Below, one piece after another: positions 9,276 through 18,254 of a stretch of 20,615 bases of DNA; the first letter of the stretch is position 1; the number at the start of each line of letters is the position of its first letter. The position numbers were made by a program, and so were the translations under genes. The notes beneath the pieces are model-generated. The model was not told the DNA's origin, did no database searches, and was given only the letters and a program-made list of their open reading frames with translations. Source of the DNA: Chthoniobacteraceae bacterium. GTDB taxonomy: Bacteria > Verrucomicrobiota > Verrucomicrobiia > Chthoniobacterales > Chthoniobacteraceae. Location of the stretch: positions 1 through 20,615 of the forward strand of contig JANNXQ010000116.1 of the NCBI GenBank assembly GCA_031409655.1. Reading direction: 5' to 3'.

Positions 9276-9579
9276 GTGTCGAACGAGATATTCCCCCGCT
9301 CTCCCCATCACCCATTCCCGCTTCAGCCGTTTCTAGATGCACGGTGAACTGCGTTAAAGTCATGCCCATGCCGTGGCTGACCTGTGCCGTGACAGGCAGC
9401 GTGGGATTCGCCGCGCCAAGCCCAAGCTTGCCGATGTATTCCCCGCTCAGCCCGCTCTCAAGAGTAAGCCCATACTTGCTCAGGCCGCAGCGTTCCCGCA
9501 GCTCCTGCGAACGGCGCGGCAGCCTCTCACGGATGCGCTCGGCGTAGTCGTGGGCTTCATGGTTGTCATTCGAGGGCAT
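9256..9579 (-). CDS. XRE-family helix-turn-helix protein, possibly degenerate
   Basis: From ATG 9579, 107 aa. ELRERCGLSKYGLTLESGLSGEYIGKLGLGAANPTLPVTAQVSHGMGM follows the HTH_3 pattern, but LGLG replaces the usual (I/L)ExG. Confidence 0.7.
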   Translation of the reverse strand: MPSNDNHEAHDYAERIRERLPRRSQELRERCGLSKYGLTLESGLSGEYIGKLGLGAANPTLPVTAQVSHGMGMTLTQFTVHLETAEAGMGDGESGGISRSTRNVTVL

Positions 9580-9583
9580 GACT

Positions 9584-12163
9584 TTATCCACACTTAACGG
9601 GCGCTTCAGCGGCATTTAGAACGGCCATGGAAAACGATGCCAGGGAGATGAGCAGCATGAAAGGATGTCCAACGAGTTGCCAAAACCACTCACGCAACTG
9701 CTGCGTGGACGGGCGGTCGTCGAGGTTCACGGTGCGCAGTCGGAGCGCGTTCGCGATGACCGAGACGGAGCTGAGACTCATGGCGGCGCCGGCGATGATC
9801 GGGCTGAGCAGCAGGCCGAAGAATGGATAGAGCAGGCCAGCGGCGATGGGGATGCCGAGGGCGTTGTAGAGGAAGGCGAAAAAGAGGTTCTGCCGGATAT
9901 TGCTCATCAGCGCGCGGCTGAGCGTAATGGCGCGGGCGATGCCGCGCAGGTCGCCTTTCAAGAGTGTGATGCCGGCGCTTTCCATCGCGACATCGGTGCC
10001 GGTGCCCATCGCAATGCCGACATCGGCGGCGGCGAGTGCGGGCGCGTCATTGATGCCGTCGCCGGCCATCGCGACGACCGTTCCGCTGCGGCGGAGAGCT
10101 TCGACGTGCGCGTGTTTGTCTTCGGGTGCGACACCGGCTTCGACGTGATCGAGGCCGAGCTGGCGGGCGACGGCAGTGGCCGTGCGCGCGTTGTCGCCGG
10201 TCAACATGCGGATGCTCAGACCGAGGGCGTGCAAGGAGCGGATGGCTTCGGGCGTGGAGGCTTTGATCGGATCGGCGACGGTGAGGAAACCAGCGGCGCG
10301 GCCGTCGATGCCGACGAAGATGGCGGTCTGCCCGAGTTCTTGAAGGGGCGCGGCGTCGGCGGCGAGAGCGTCTGCACCTTCCACGGACAAGCCTTTCAAA
10401 AACTCCAGCTTGCCGATGTGGACGATATGACCGTCCACGTTCGCGCTCACGCCGCCACCGGTCGTGGATCGAAAATCTTGCGCGGTGGGCAGCGTGAGGC
10501 CGCGCTCTTTCGCGCCCGAGACGATGGCCGCGCCGAGCGGGTGTTCGCTGGCTTGCTCGACAGCGGCGGTGCGGGCCAGTAATTCGTTGGTGTCCACACC
10601 AGCAACCGGTCGCACCTCGATGAGACGCGGTTTGCCCTCGGTGAGCGTGCCGGTCTTATCGACCACGATGGTCGTCACTTTCTCCAGGCGCTCGATGGCC
10701 TCGGCGCTTTTCACCAGCACGCCAGCCTGCGCGCCGCGGCCGACGCCGACCATGATGGACATCGGCGTGGCGAGTCCAAGCGCGCACGGGCACGCGATGA
10801 TGAGCACGGCGACGGCATTCACGATGGCGTGCGCGAGCCGGGGTTCTGGGCCGACGAAGAACCACACGACGAACGTCAGCGCGGCGATGCCGAGCACGGC
10901 GGGGACAAAATATCCCGCCACCTTGTCGGCGAGCGCCTGAATGGGCGCGCGGCTGCGCTGCGCTTCGGCAACCATGTGAACGATGCGGGCGAGCACCGTT
11001 TCGCTGCCGACACGCTCGGCGCGGAAAAGGAAGCTGCCGGTGCCATTGATCGTGCCGCCGGTCACGGGGTCGCCTTCGCGCTTGTCCACGGGCAGCGGCT
11101 CGCCGGTGAGCATGGATTCATCGACCGTCGAGTGGCCTTCGAGGAGCACGCCATCGACGGGCACCTTCTCGCCGGGCCGCACGCGGAGCGTCGCGCCGAC
11201 CGCGACTTGATCGAGCGCCACTTCGCGCTCGTCGCCGTTTTCGACGAGCCGCGCCGTGGCGGGCGCGAGATTGAGCAGCGCGCGGATGGCCGTGCCGGTG
11301 CGGCTGCGGGCGCGGAGTTCGAGCACCTGGCCGAGCAGGACGAGGACGACGATCACTGCCGCCGCCTCGAAGTAAATGGCGACGCCGCCCATCGCGTGCA
11401 TGGACGCGGGGAAGAGGCCCGGCGCGAGGATCGCCACCGTGCTGAATCCAAACGCCGCGCCGACGCCCAGTGCGATGAGCGTGAACATATTGAAGTGCAA
11501 GGTGCGCAGCGACCGCGCGCCGCGGACGAAGAACGGCCAGCCGGCCCACAGCACAACCGGCGTCGAAAGGATGAATTGCGTCCAGCGCGAGACTTCGCCC
11601 ATGACCCAATGCGGGGCGTTCGGCAGCAGGTGCGCCATCGCGAGCAGGAAGACCGGCAGCGAGAGGACCGCGCCGATCCAGAACCGCTGTGTCATGTCGC
11701 GCAACTCGCTGTCTTCCTCCTCCACCTCGGCGCTGACCGTCTTCGGTTCGAGCGCCATCCCGCAGATCGGGCAATCGCCCGGATGATCTTGCTCGATCTC
11801 CGGATGTATCGGGCAGGTGTAGATCGTCTTCGGTTTCCACGAAGGATTGCGCTCCAGCGCCATGCCGCACTTGAGGCAATCGCCGGGCTGATCCGATTCC
11901 ACGCCGGGACACATCGGGCAGAAATACTTCGCCGCCGCGGAAGGCTTCACGGCGCCGTGATGATGGTGGGCGTGATCGTCGTGGTGTGAATCGCCGTCGG
12001 CCTCACGCTTGCCGCCGCAGCAGGCAGGCGCTTCGGCAATCGGTTCGGGTTTTGCACTCTTGCCCCCGCAACACGATGGCACCTCGGCGACCGGTTGGGC
12101 GTTGTCCTGGCCACCCGCGCAGCAGGAGTGCCCGCTTTCTTTGGTGGGATTGATCGGTTTCAT
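9584..12163 (-). CDS. copA: Copper-translocating P1B-1 type ATPase
   Basis: Start at ATG 12163, giving 859 aa. Motifs [32 protein letters not shown] and GDGINDAP, with YN and MSLSS in the last transmembrane helices (Cu+ signature). Two N-terminal CP(M/I)xP...CxxCGM heavy-metal-binding domains. Confidence 0.93.
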   Translation of the reverse strand: MKPINPTKESGHSCCAGGQDNAQPVAEVPSCCGGKSAKPEPIAEAPACCGGKREADGDSHHDDHAHHHHGAVKPSAAAKYFCPMCPGVESDQPGDCLKCGMALERNPSWKPKTIYTCPIHPEIEQDHPGDCPICGMALEPKTVSAEVEEEDSELRDMTQRFWIGAVLSLPVFLLAMAHLLPNAPHWVMGEVSRWTQFILSTPVVLWAGWPFFVRGARSLRTLHFNMFTLIALGVGAAFGFSTVAILAPGLFPASMHAMGGVAIYFEAAAVIVVLVLLGQVLELRARSRTGTAIRALLNLAPATARLVENGDEREVALDQVAVGATLRVRPGEKVPVDGVLLEGHSTVDESMLTGEPLPVDKREGDPVTGGTINGTGSFLFRAERVGSETVLARIVHMVAEAQRSRAPIQALADKVAGYFVPAVLGIAALTFVVWFFVGPEPRLAHAIVNAVAVLIIACPCALGLATPMSIMVGVGRGAQAGVLVKSAEAIERLEKVTTIVVDKTGTLTEGKPRLIEVRPVAGVDTNELLARTAAVEQASEHPLGAAIVSGAKERGLTLPTAQDFRSTTGGGVSANVDGHIVHIGKLEFLKGLSVEGADALAADAAPLQELGQTAIFVGIDGRAAGFLTVADPIKASTPEAIRSLHALGLSIRMLTGDNARTATAVARQLGLDHVEAGVAPEDKHAHVEALRRSGTVVAMAGDGINDAPALAAADVGIAMGTGTDVAMESAGITLLKGDLRGIARAITLSRALMSNIRQNLFFAFLYNALGIPIAAGLLYPFFGLLLSPIIAGAAMSLSSVSVIANALRLRTVNLDDRPSTQQLREWFWQLVGHPFMLLISLASFSMAVLNAAEAPVKCG

Positions 12164-12168
12164 GGCGT

Positions 12169-12738
12169 TTAGGAATCGCAGTGGCAGTCGAGGCAGCCGT
12201 GTTTGGCGCACATTTTGCAAGTTTGCTCCAACCGCTCGCGCAACTGGCGCCGCGCGCGATGCAGCCGGACCTTCAGATTACCCCGCGTGATCCCGACTTC
12301 CTTGGCGACAGCTTCCGCCGGCCGGCCCTCGAGATCGGAGAGCTGGAGCACTTGCCCATATTCGGGCCGGAGGGTCGGCAGCAGCTCGCGGAAACAGCCG
12401 CAGGCGGTCTGCTCGACATCGGCCTCATCTTCCGCACTGATCGCCAGTTCCTCCGCCAAACGCTCCAGGCCCTTGGTCTGCACGGCGCGCCGCCGATGCA
12501 GGTCGGTGAGCACATTGCGGAGAATTCGGTAGAACCACGCGAGCAGGTTCTCGTCATGGGAGAGCGAGTGTTCGCTTTTGAGCGCGCGTAGCAGGCTCTC
12601 CTGCACGGCATCGGCGGCGAGTTGATCGTCGCCGAGTCGTCGTCGGGCGAAGCCTTGGAAAGCGCCCAGATTGGCGAGCAAGGTCGTCGCGAGAGCATCG
12701 TTAAGTTCGGGTTCGGGAGCGGGCATGAGTAAGTTCAT
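12169..12738 (-). CDS. CorE-like (ECF44/ECF238-type) metal-responsive ECF sigma factor
   Basis: Sigma2 ([21 protein letters not shown]) and sigma4 ([24 protein letters not shown]). CxC (ACGC) in the linker and a C-terminal Cys-rich tail [14 protein letters not shown]. Its stop is 5 nt upstream of copA. Start uncertain (12747, 12738 or 12726). Confidence 0.88.
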   Translation of the reverse strand: MNLLMPAPEPELNDALATTLLANLGAFQGFARRRLGDDQLAADAVQESLLRALKSEHSLSHDENLLAWFYRILRNVLTDLHRRRAVQTKGLERLAEELAISAEDEADVEQTACGCFRELLPTLRPEYGQVLQLSDLEGRPAEAVAKEVGITRGNLKVRLHRARRQLRERLEQTCKMCAKHGCLDCHCDS

Positions 12739-12750
12739 TCTACCCATGCC

Positions 12751-12776
12751 AACGCAGCACTGCGACCGCGGTTACA
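12751..12776 (-). promoter_or_regulatory. ECF-sigma-type promoter, probably autoregulatory, for the sigma-copA operon
   Basis: Minus strand TGTAAC-N16-CGTT directly upstream of the sigma gene. It fits the general ECF pattern of AAC at -35 and CGT at -10. Confidence 0.7.
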
Positions 12777-12795
12777 CTTTATGTTGGCTCTTCGC

Positions 12796-13584
12796 CTACA
12801 ACTTCGAGTTTGCAGTTTTCTCCGGGTAGTTCCTCTTCAACGCGGCGAGGCCGGTGTTGAAGGATGCCAGGTTCTTCGCGGCGGCGCTCAAGGTGCGGGC
12901 GGCGTTGGCGTCGGCGATGGCGGCGAGGTCGGCGATCAGGGCGTCCACTTGCGGCTGCACGGCGGCGGTTTTGTCGCCGGACTTTGCGGGCAGGGCTTTG
13001 AGCAGGACGGTGAAGGCTTGAGTCACTTCGTCGATGGCTTCGTATTTCTTTTCCGCGAAGTTCTCTTTCAGCTCGCCGTGGTGCTGGTTGATTTCGGCGA
13101 AGAGGCCGTCGAGCGCTTCGGGCGGCTTGATGCTTGGGCCGCTGCCATCGTTCACGCTGTCATCGAGGTAGTCGGGCTTGCCGGATTTCGCGGGGGCGGG
13201 GTTGTAGTTCAAGCGCAGGGTCATCGCTTTGGCGTCGGGCTTTTCCTTGAGCTGCATGATGACGGCGTAGGGCGCACCGGCGGGCACTTTCTCGGTGAGG
13301 AAAGTGTCGCCCTGCTTTTCGATGGAGAGTTTCTTCGCCTCGGAGCGCGGACCGGCGGTGATGGACAGGCTCTGCGCGGCGAGTGCGATGGGTTTGCGCT
13401 CTTTGTCGAGCAGCGTGATTTCGGCGCGACCGTCTTTGTTCACGAGGAACTCGACGTTTGGCGTGGTGGTGGAGTCCACGTAGATCACTCGACCGCCTTT
13501 CGGGCCGATGGTGATGCGTTCGTGGGCGAAGGCCGACGCGCAAAGGATGGCGGCGGCGATGGTGGCTAGTGCGGTTGTTTTCAT
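12796..13584 (-). CDS. Periplasmic hypothetical protein, last gene of the RND operon; beta domain plus helical-bundle domain
   Basis: 262 aa. Signal peptide ending ASAFA|H, GPKGGR motif and helical C-terminal half. Lies 20 nt downstream of the RND pump gene. Confidence 0.82.
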   Translation of the reverse strand: MKTTALATIAAAILCASAFAHERITIGPKGGRVIYVDSTTTPNVEFLVNKDGRAEITLLDKERKPIALAAQSLSITAGPRSEAKKLSIEKQGDTFLTEKVPAGAPYAVIMQLKEKPDAKAMTLRLNYNPAPAKSGKPDYLDDSVNDGSGPSIKPPEALDGLFAEINQHHGELKENFAEKKYEAIDEVTQAFTVLLKALPAKSGDKTAAVQPQVDALIADLAAIADANAARTLSAAAKNLASFNTGLAALKRNYPEKTANSKL

Positions 13585-13604
13585 ATGTGGGTTTGTTGTG
13601 GGTT

Positions 13605-16600
13605 TTACTGCGCGGCTGGGGCGTCCAGCCGGAGAGCTTTTTCGGCGGCACGCCGGCCAAAGAGCCAGAACACGGCGGGCGTGACGGCTAGGTCGAGGAG
13701 TGTGCTGCTGACGAGTCCGCCGACGATGACGACGGCAACGGGATGAAGGATTTCCTTGCCCGGCTCATGCGCGGCGAGGAGCAGCGGGATGAGCGCGATG
13801 CCGGCGGCGAGGGCGGTCATCAGCACGGGCACAAGTCGTTCGAGCGTGCCGCGCGTGACCATCTCGCGGGTGAATCCTTCGCCCTCGTGCTTCATCAAGT
13901 GAAGGTAGTGCGAGAGCATCATGATGCTGTTCCGCGCGGCGACACCGGCGACCGCGATGAAGCCGACGAGGGTGGCGATGGAGATGTTGTTGATGAGCAG
14001 CCAGGTCAGCGCGAGGCCGCCCATGAGCGCGAGCGGGATGTTGAGCAGCACTTGCGCGGCGAGCGAGGCGCTGCGGAAGTAGCCGAAGAGCAGGAAGGCG
14101 ATGACGACGAAGACGAGCGCGGAGAAAATCGCGATGCGGCGTGAGGCTTCCTGCTGCGCTTTGAATTCACCCTCGAAGCTCACGTAGTAGCCCTGCGGCA
14201 GCGTCACCTTTTCGCGCACTTCGTTTTGCAGCCGCGTGACGAGCGACTGGAGATCCCGCTCGCTGGTGTTCGCGCCAATGACGATGCGGCGCTGCGTGTA
14301 CTCGCGATTGATCACATTTGGGCCTTTGCTCTCACGGACATTCGCGACCAGGCGCAAGGGCACGCGCTGGCCGTTGCCGGTTTCGATGAGCAAGTCGCCG
14401 AGCTTTTGCGGCGCATCGCGCCACTCGGGCGGGAGGCGCAGGAGCAAGTCCATCGTGCGCTGACCCTCGCGGAGTTCGGCGAGCACCTTGCCGCCGAGCA
14501 GCGTGGAGAGTTGTTCATTCACCGCACCGGGCTGGACGCCGTAGGCTTTCGCGCGCGCGCGGTTGATCTCGATCCGGAGCTGCGGAATCGGCACCTGCTT
14601 TTCGAGAAAGATGTCGGTGAGGCCGGGGATGCCTTTCGCCAGGCGCTCGATCTCCGCGCCTTTCGTGCGGAGCACGTCGAGGTCTGGTCCGAAGACTTTC
14701 ACGGCGATCTTCGCGGAGACGCCGCTGAGCATGTGCGCAAGCCGGTGACCGATGGGCTGGCCGACGTTCGTGAACGTGCCGGGCACGCCGCCAAGTTTCT
14801 TACGGATCTCGGCGAAAACCTCCTGGCGCGGCCGCCCGCCTTCCTTGAACTCCACATCGAATTCATTCACCGACACGGGCATCACATGGTCGTCGCGCTC
14901 GGCGCGGCCTGCGCGGCGGCCCACACTTTTGACCTCGGGAATTTCAAGCAACAGCTTCACCCCGGCATCGCCGATGGCGTTGCTCTGCACCAGCGAAGTG
15001 CCCGGCGCGCTCGCGAAGGAAATCGTGGCGCTGCCTTCGTTGAACGCGGGCAGGAAGTCCTTGCCCATCATCGGATACAGCATCAGCGCGCCGACAAGCA
15101 GGACGCCGGTGATGGCGAGCACGGCGAATGGTGCGTCGAACGCCGCGCGCAGGAATGTGCGCTCCACAAACCACTTCATCGCGCGGACCACGAAGCCGTC
15201 GTCGTGGGTGTGGACGTGCGTGGGCGCACCGGCATCGGGCTGCGGGCGGATCGCTTTGCTTTTGGGATTGAGCAGCAACGAGCAGAGCACCGGGATGACC
15301 GTGAGCGACACGACGAACGACGCGGCCATGCTGACGATGGTGGCGATGGCGATGGGCGTGAACAGGCGGCCCTCCAAGCCTTCCAGGCTCAGCAGAGGCA
15401 GGAAGACGAGGATGATCAGCACCGTCGCGTAGAGGATGCTGTTGCGCACTTCGCCGGAGGCGGACGCGATCACGTCGAGCTTCGGTTTCGGCACGGCCAG
15501 CGCGGCGTTTTCGCGCAGGCGGCGGAAGACGTTCTCCACATCCACGATGGCATCATCCACGACCATGCCGATGGCGACGGCGAGACCGCCAAGAGTCATC
15601 GAATTCACCGACACAGCGAACCATTTGAAGACCAGCATCGCCGTGACGAAGGACAGCGGCATGGCGGTGAGCGTGATGAACGTGGTGCGGAAGTTCAGCA
15701 GGAACAGGAACAGCACGATGGTCACCATGATCGCACCGTCGCGGATGGCTTCCTTGAGGTTGCCGATGGCGTGCGAAATGAAATCGCCCTGCCGGAAAAG
15801 CAGCTCCACCTCGACGCCCGCGGGCAGCGAAGGTTTCAGCTCGGCGAGTGCATTTTCAATCGCCGCAGTGAGCTTGAGCGTGTCGAAGCCGGGCGACTTG
15901 TCGATGCTCAGCATGACGCCGGCCTCGCCGTTCACGCTCGCGTCGCCGCGCATCGGCTGCACGCCATACTCCACGCGCGCAACGTCGCTGATGAGCACGG
16001 GGCGGTCGCCGAGCGTCTTGATGACGGTGCTGCCGAGTTCGTCGAGGTCGGTGCTCATGCCCAGATTGCGCACCATGATTTCCTGCGTGTTCGTGGTGAG
16101 GTAGCCGCTGGTCGAGTTGTTCGCGGCTTTCGCGACGGCGGCTTCGAGTTCGGCGAAGGTGACGCCGAGTGCGGTGAGCCGGTGCGGGTCGGGCATGATG
16201 TGGACCTGCTTTACGCCACCGCCGATGGTCAGCACTTCGGCGACGCCCGCGATACTTTGCAGTCGGCGCGCGACCGTCCAATCCGCGAGCGTGCGCAGGT
16301 CGCGCACGGGCATGTCCTTGCTCCGCAGGCCGACGAGGAGAATTTCGCCCATCAGCGATGACACCGGCGTGAGGCCGGGCTTGATGCCTTCGGGCAAGTT
16401 CCCGCTGGCCGCTTGCAGCCGCTCCTGCACGAGTTGCCGTGCGCGATAGATGTCAGTGCCCCAGGCGAATTCCGCGAAGACGAGCGAGAGGCTCACGTCG
16501 GAATTCGAGCGCAAGCGGTCGAGTCCGCCAACGCCTTGCACGGCCGCCTCGATGGGCTGCGTGACGAGCGTCTCGACTTCCTCGGGCGCGAGGCCCGGCG

Positions 16601-16757
16601 ATTCGGTGAGGATGGTGACGGTCGGCTTCGTCATGTCCGGCAGCACTTCCACCGGCAGGTCGCGCGTGGTCTGCACGCCGAGCACGAGCAGCAGGATCGC
16701 CAGCGCGAGCACGATGGGCCGGTTTCGCAGCGAGAGCTGAATGAGTTTCGTGAGCAT
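13605..16757 (-). CDS. Heavy-metal efflux RND permease (CusA/CzcA-related HME family)
   Basis: Start at ATG 16757 (MLTKLIQLSLRNR), giving 1050 aa. Motifs PGLAPEEVETLVTQPIE, TM4 TLGGLAVAIGMVVDDAIVDVEN, FLPAFNEG and ERLVPVLMTA. Confidence 0.95.
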   Translation of the reverse strand: MLTKLIQLSLRNRPIVLALAILLLVLGVQTTRDLPVEVLPDMTKPTVTILTESPGLAPEEVETLVTQPIEAAVQGVGGLDRLRSNSDVSLSLVFAEFAWGTDIYRARQLVQERLQAASGNLPEGIKPGLTPVSSLMGEILLVGLRSKDMPVRDLRTLADWTVARRLQSIAGVAEVLTIGGGVKQVHIMPDPHRLTALGVTFAELEAAVAKAANNSTSGYLTTNTQEIMVRNLGMSTDLDELGSTVIKTLGDRPVLISDVARVEYGVQPMRGDASVNGEAGVMLSIDKSPGFDTLKLTAAIENALAELKPSLPAGVEVELLFRQGDFISHAIGNLKEAIRDGAIMVTIVLFLFLLNFRTTFITLTAMPLSFVTAMLVFKWFAVSVNSMTLGGLAVAIGMVVDDAIVDVENVFRRLRENAALAVPKPKLDVIASASGEVRNSILYATVLIILVFLPLLSLEGLEGRLFTPIAIATIVSMAASFVVSLTVIPVLCSLLLNPKSKAIRPQPDAGAPTHVHTHDDGFVVRAMKWFVERTFLRAAFDAPFAVLAITGVLLVGALMLYPMMGKDFLPAFNEGSATISFASAPGTSLVQSNAIGDAGVKLLLEIPEVKSVGRRAGRAERDDHVMPVSVNEFDVEFKEGGRPRQEVFAEIRKKLGGVPGTFTNVGQPIGHRLAHMLSGVSAKIAVKVFGPDLDVLRTKGAEIERLAKGIPGLTDIFLEKQVPIPQLRIEINRARAKAYGVQPGAVNEQLSTLLGGKVLAELREGQRTMDLLLRLPPEWRDAPQKLGDLLIETGNGQRVPLRLVANVRESKGPNVINREYTQRRIVIGANTSERDLQSLVTRLQNEVREKVTLPQGYYVSFEGEFKAQQEASRRIAIFSALVFVVIAFLLFGYFRSASLAAQVLLNIPLALMGGLALTWLLINNISIATLVGFIAVAGVAARNSIMMLSHYLHLMKHEGEGFTREMVTRGTLERLVPVLMTALAAGIALIPLLLAAHEPGKEILHPVAVVIVGGLVSSTLLDLAVTPAVFWLFGRRAAEKALRLDAPAAQ

Positions 16758-16764
16758 GGCGCGT

Positions 16765-17892
16765 TTAGGCGGCGGTGCGTTTGCGGAGCTTCGATCCCAG
16801 CGCGAGGAGCAGCACGAAGAGCAGTCCCGTCGTGCCGGCGAAGAACATGGCGAGCGGGGTCGGACCACCTGCGCGACCGCCAGCGCCGGAACCGCTTTTC
16901 TTGCTGGCGGCGGCTTTGGCCTGTTCCTCCGTAAGTTCCGAACCGTCGTCGCCGTGCGGATGACCGTGCGCGGCATCCAGCGCCTCTTTGAGCGAGGTGT
17001 TGCCCTTGCCCGCAAAGACGAGCGCATACGCGCCCCGCGTCACCACTTGATCGCCGGGCAGCACGCCGCTCTTCACTTCGACCATGCGGTCATTCTGCGC
17101 GCCAAGCACGACGGGCGTTTTCGCGTAGGCATTCTTCAGTTCGTAGTCGGCGATATAGACGAAACGCTGCGCGCCATCGCCCTGCACCGCCTCGGCGGGA
17201 ATGCTCATCACGCCTTCGCGTTTGCCGGTGACGATGGAAAACTCCGCGCGCATCTCCGGGCGCAGAATCGCCTCCGGATTCGCGACGTGAAATGCGACCT
17301 CGATGGTGCCCGTCGCCGCATCGGCCTCGGTGCCAAGGTGCTCGATCTCCGCGACGAATTCCTTGTCGGGATAACCCGTCGCGCGGATGCGCCCTTTCTG
17401 GCCGACTTGCACCCGACTCGCGAGATGCTCGGGCAGCGCCGCGACCGCGTGAACGTCGCTCAGATCCAGAATCTCGATGAGCGAGTCGTCCACGCTCACC
17501 GGCTGGCCCGGCGCGATCTTCACTGACGAGACGTGGCCGGAAATCGGTGCAACTAGGCGCACACTCGGCGGAGGGTCACCCGGCTGTCGGCTCTCTAGGA
17601 CAACCACCTCCGCACCTTTCTCGATCTTCGTGTCGATGTGCGCGGAGACCGTGAGCGCGCGGCCCGGAACGCGGCTGCTGACCACTGCTCGATGTCCCGG
17701 CGCGACGCGGATGCGGCCGAGCGCGAAGATGGTTTCCTCGAAGTCGGTTTCCTCCGCTTCGACGGTAGCAAGGTTGAGGTTTTTCACCGCTGTCTCGTCG
17801 AGGATGACGAGGTTGGCTGAGCGATTCGGGTCGGCAGCGGCGAAGGCGGTCGCAGCGAAGCCGAGGGTGAGAAAGAAGGTTTTGAGGTGCAT
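16765..17892 (-). CDS. RND efflux periplasmic adaptor subunit (atypical architecture)
   Basis: Start at ATG 17892, giving 375 aa. Lipoyl halves VSSRVPGR and VAPISGHV, beta-barrel motifs LRPEM and SIPAEAVQ, and GVLPGDQVVTRGAY. Also has a C-terminal His motif and a hydrophobic helix. Confidence 0.9.
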   Translation of the reverse strand: MHLKTFFLTLGFAATAFAAADPNRSANLVILDETAVKNLNLATVEAEETDFEETIFALGRIRVAPGHRAVVSSRVPGRALTVSAHIDTKIEKGAEVVVLESRQPGDPPPSVRLVAPISGHVSSVKIAPGQPVSVDDSLIEILDLSDVHAVAALPEHLASRVQVGQKGRIRATGYPDKEFVAEIEHLGTEADAATGTIEVAFHVANPEAILRPEMRAEFSIVTGKREGVMSIPAEAVQGDGAQRFVYIADYELKNAYAKTPVVLGAQNDRMVEVKSGVLPGDQVVTRGAYALVFAGKGNTSLKEALDAAHGHPHGDDGSELTEEQAKAAASKKSGSGAGGRAGGPTPLAMFFAGTTGLLFVLLLALGSKLRKRTAA

Positions 17893-17900
17893 GGAGTGTT

Positions 17901-18254
17901 TCAGAATTTGAAGCCCGCGAACGCGAGGAGACGGATGGTGATGAGGTAGAGGGCGATGGTCGTGGCCGCCCCGATGCCGAGGGCGGTCCAGAAAGCGAAG
18001 CCGTGCCGCAGCAGCCACGGCAGCAGCAGGAAGAGCGGCAGCGTGGGCAGCACGAACCAGAAGGTGCTCTCGCAATGCCGGGCGATGAGCGCGGTATCGC
18101 GCGTGTCGTTGTAGAGCCAGACGAGCGCGGTGAGCGTGATGAGCGGCAGCGAGTGAACGATGGCCGCGGCGAAGTTATTCCGCTTCGCCAGTTCGCTGAC
18201 GGTGACGATGACGGCGCCGCTGAGCAGCGCGCGGACGATGAGGAGCGCGCTCAT
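17901..18254 (-). CDS. DUF3147-family small membrane protein
   Basis: 117 aa with about 4 hydrophobic segments. Motifs VSELAKR, SLPL and STFWFVLPTLP. Its start overlaps the tolC stop (ATGA at 18251-18254). Confidence 0.8.
   Translation of the reverse strand: MSALLIVRALLSGAVIVTVSELAKRNNFAAAIVHSLPLITLTALVWLYNDTRDTALIARHCESTFWFVLPTLPLFLLLPWLLRHGFAFWTALGIGAATTIALYLITIRLLAFAGFKF

Noticed and set aside
14226..16361. 711-aa plus-strand ORF, and similar long ORFs at 3278-4369, 9665-10582, 10829-11989 and 12781-13569
   Set aside because: Antisense shadows of well-supported minus-strand genes in high-GC DNA, with no recognisable motifs.
16758..17027. N-terminal extensions in the ORF track (pump from 17027; likewise adaptor 18075, tolC 19549, copA 12220, sulfatase 4441, XRE 9615)
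   Set aside because: Most overlap upstream genes, and family-typical N-termini or signal peptides begin at later ATGs.
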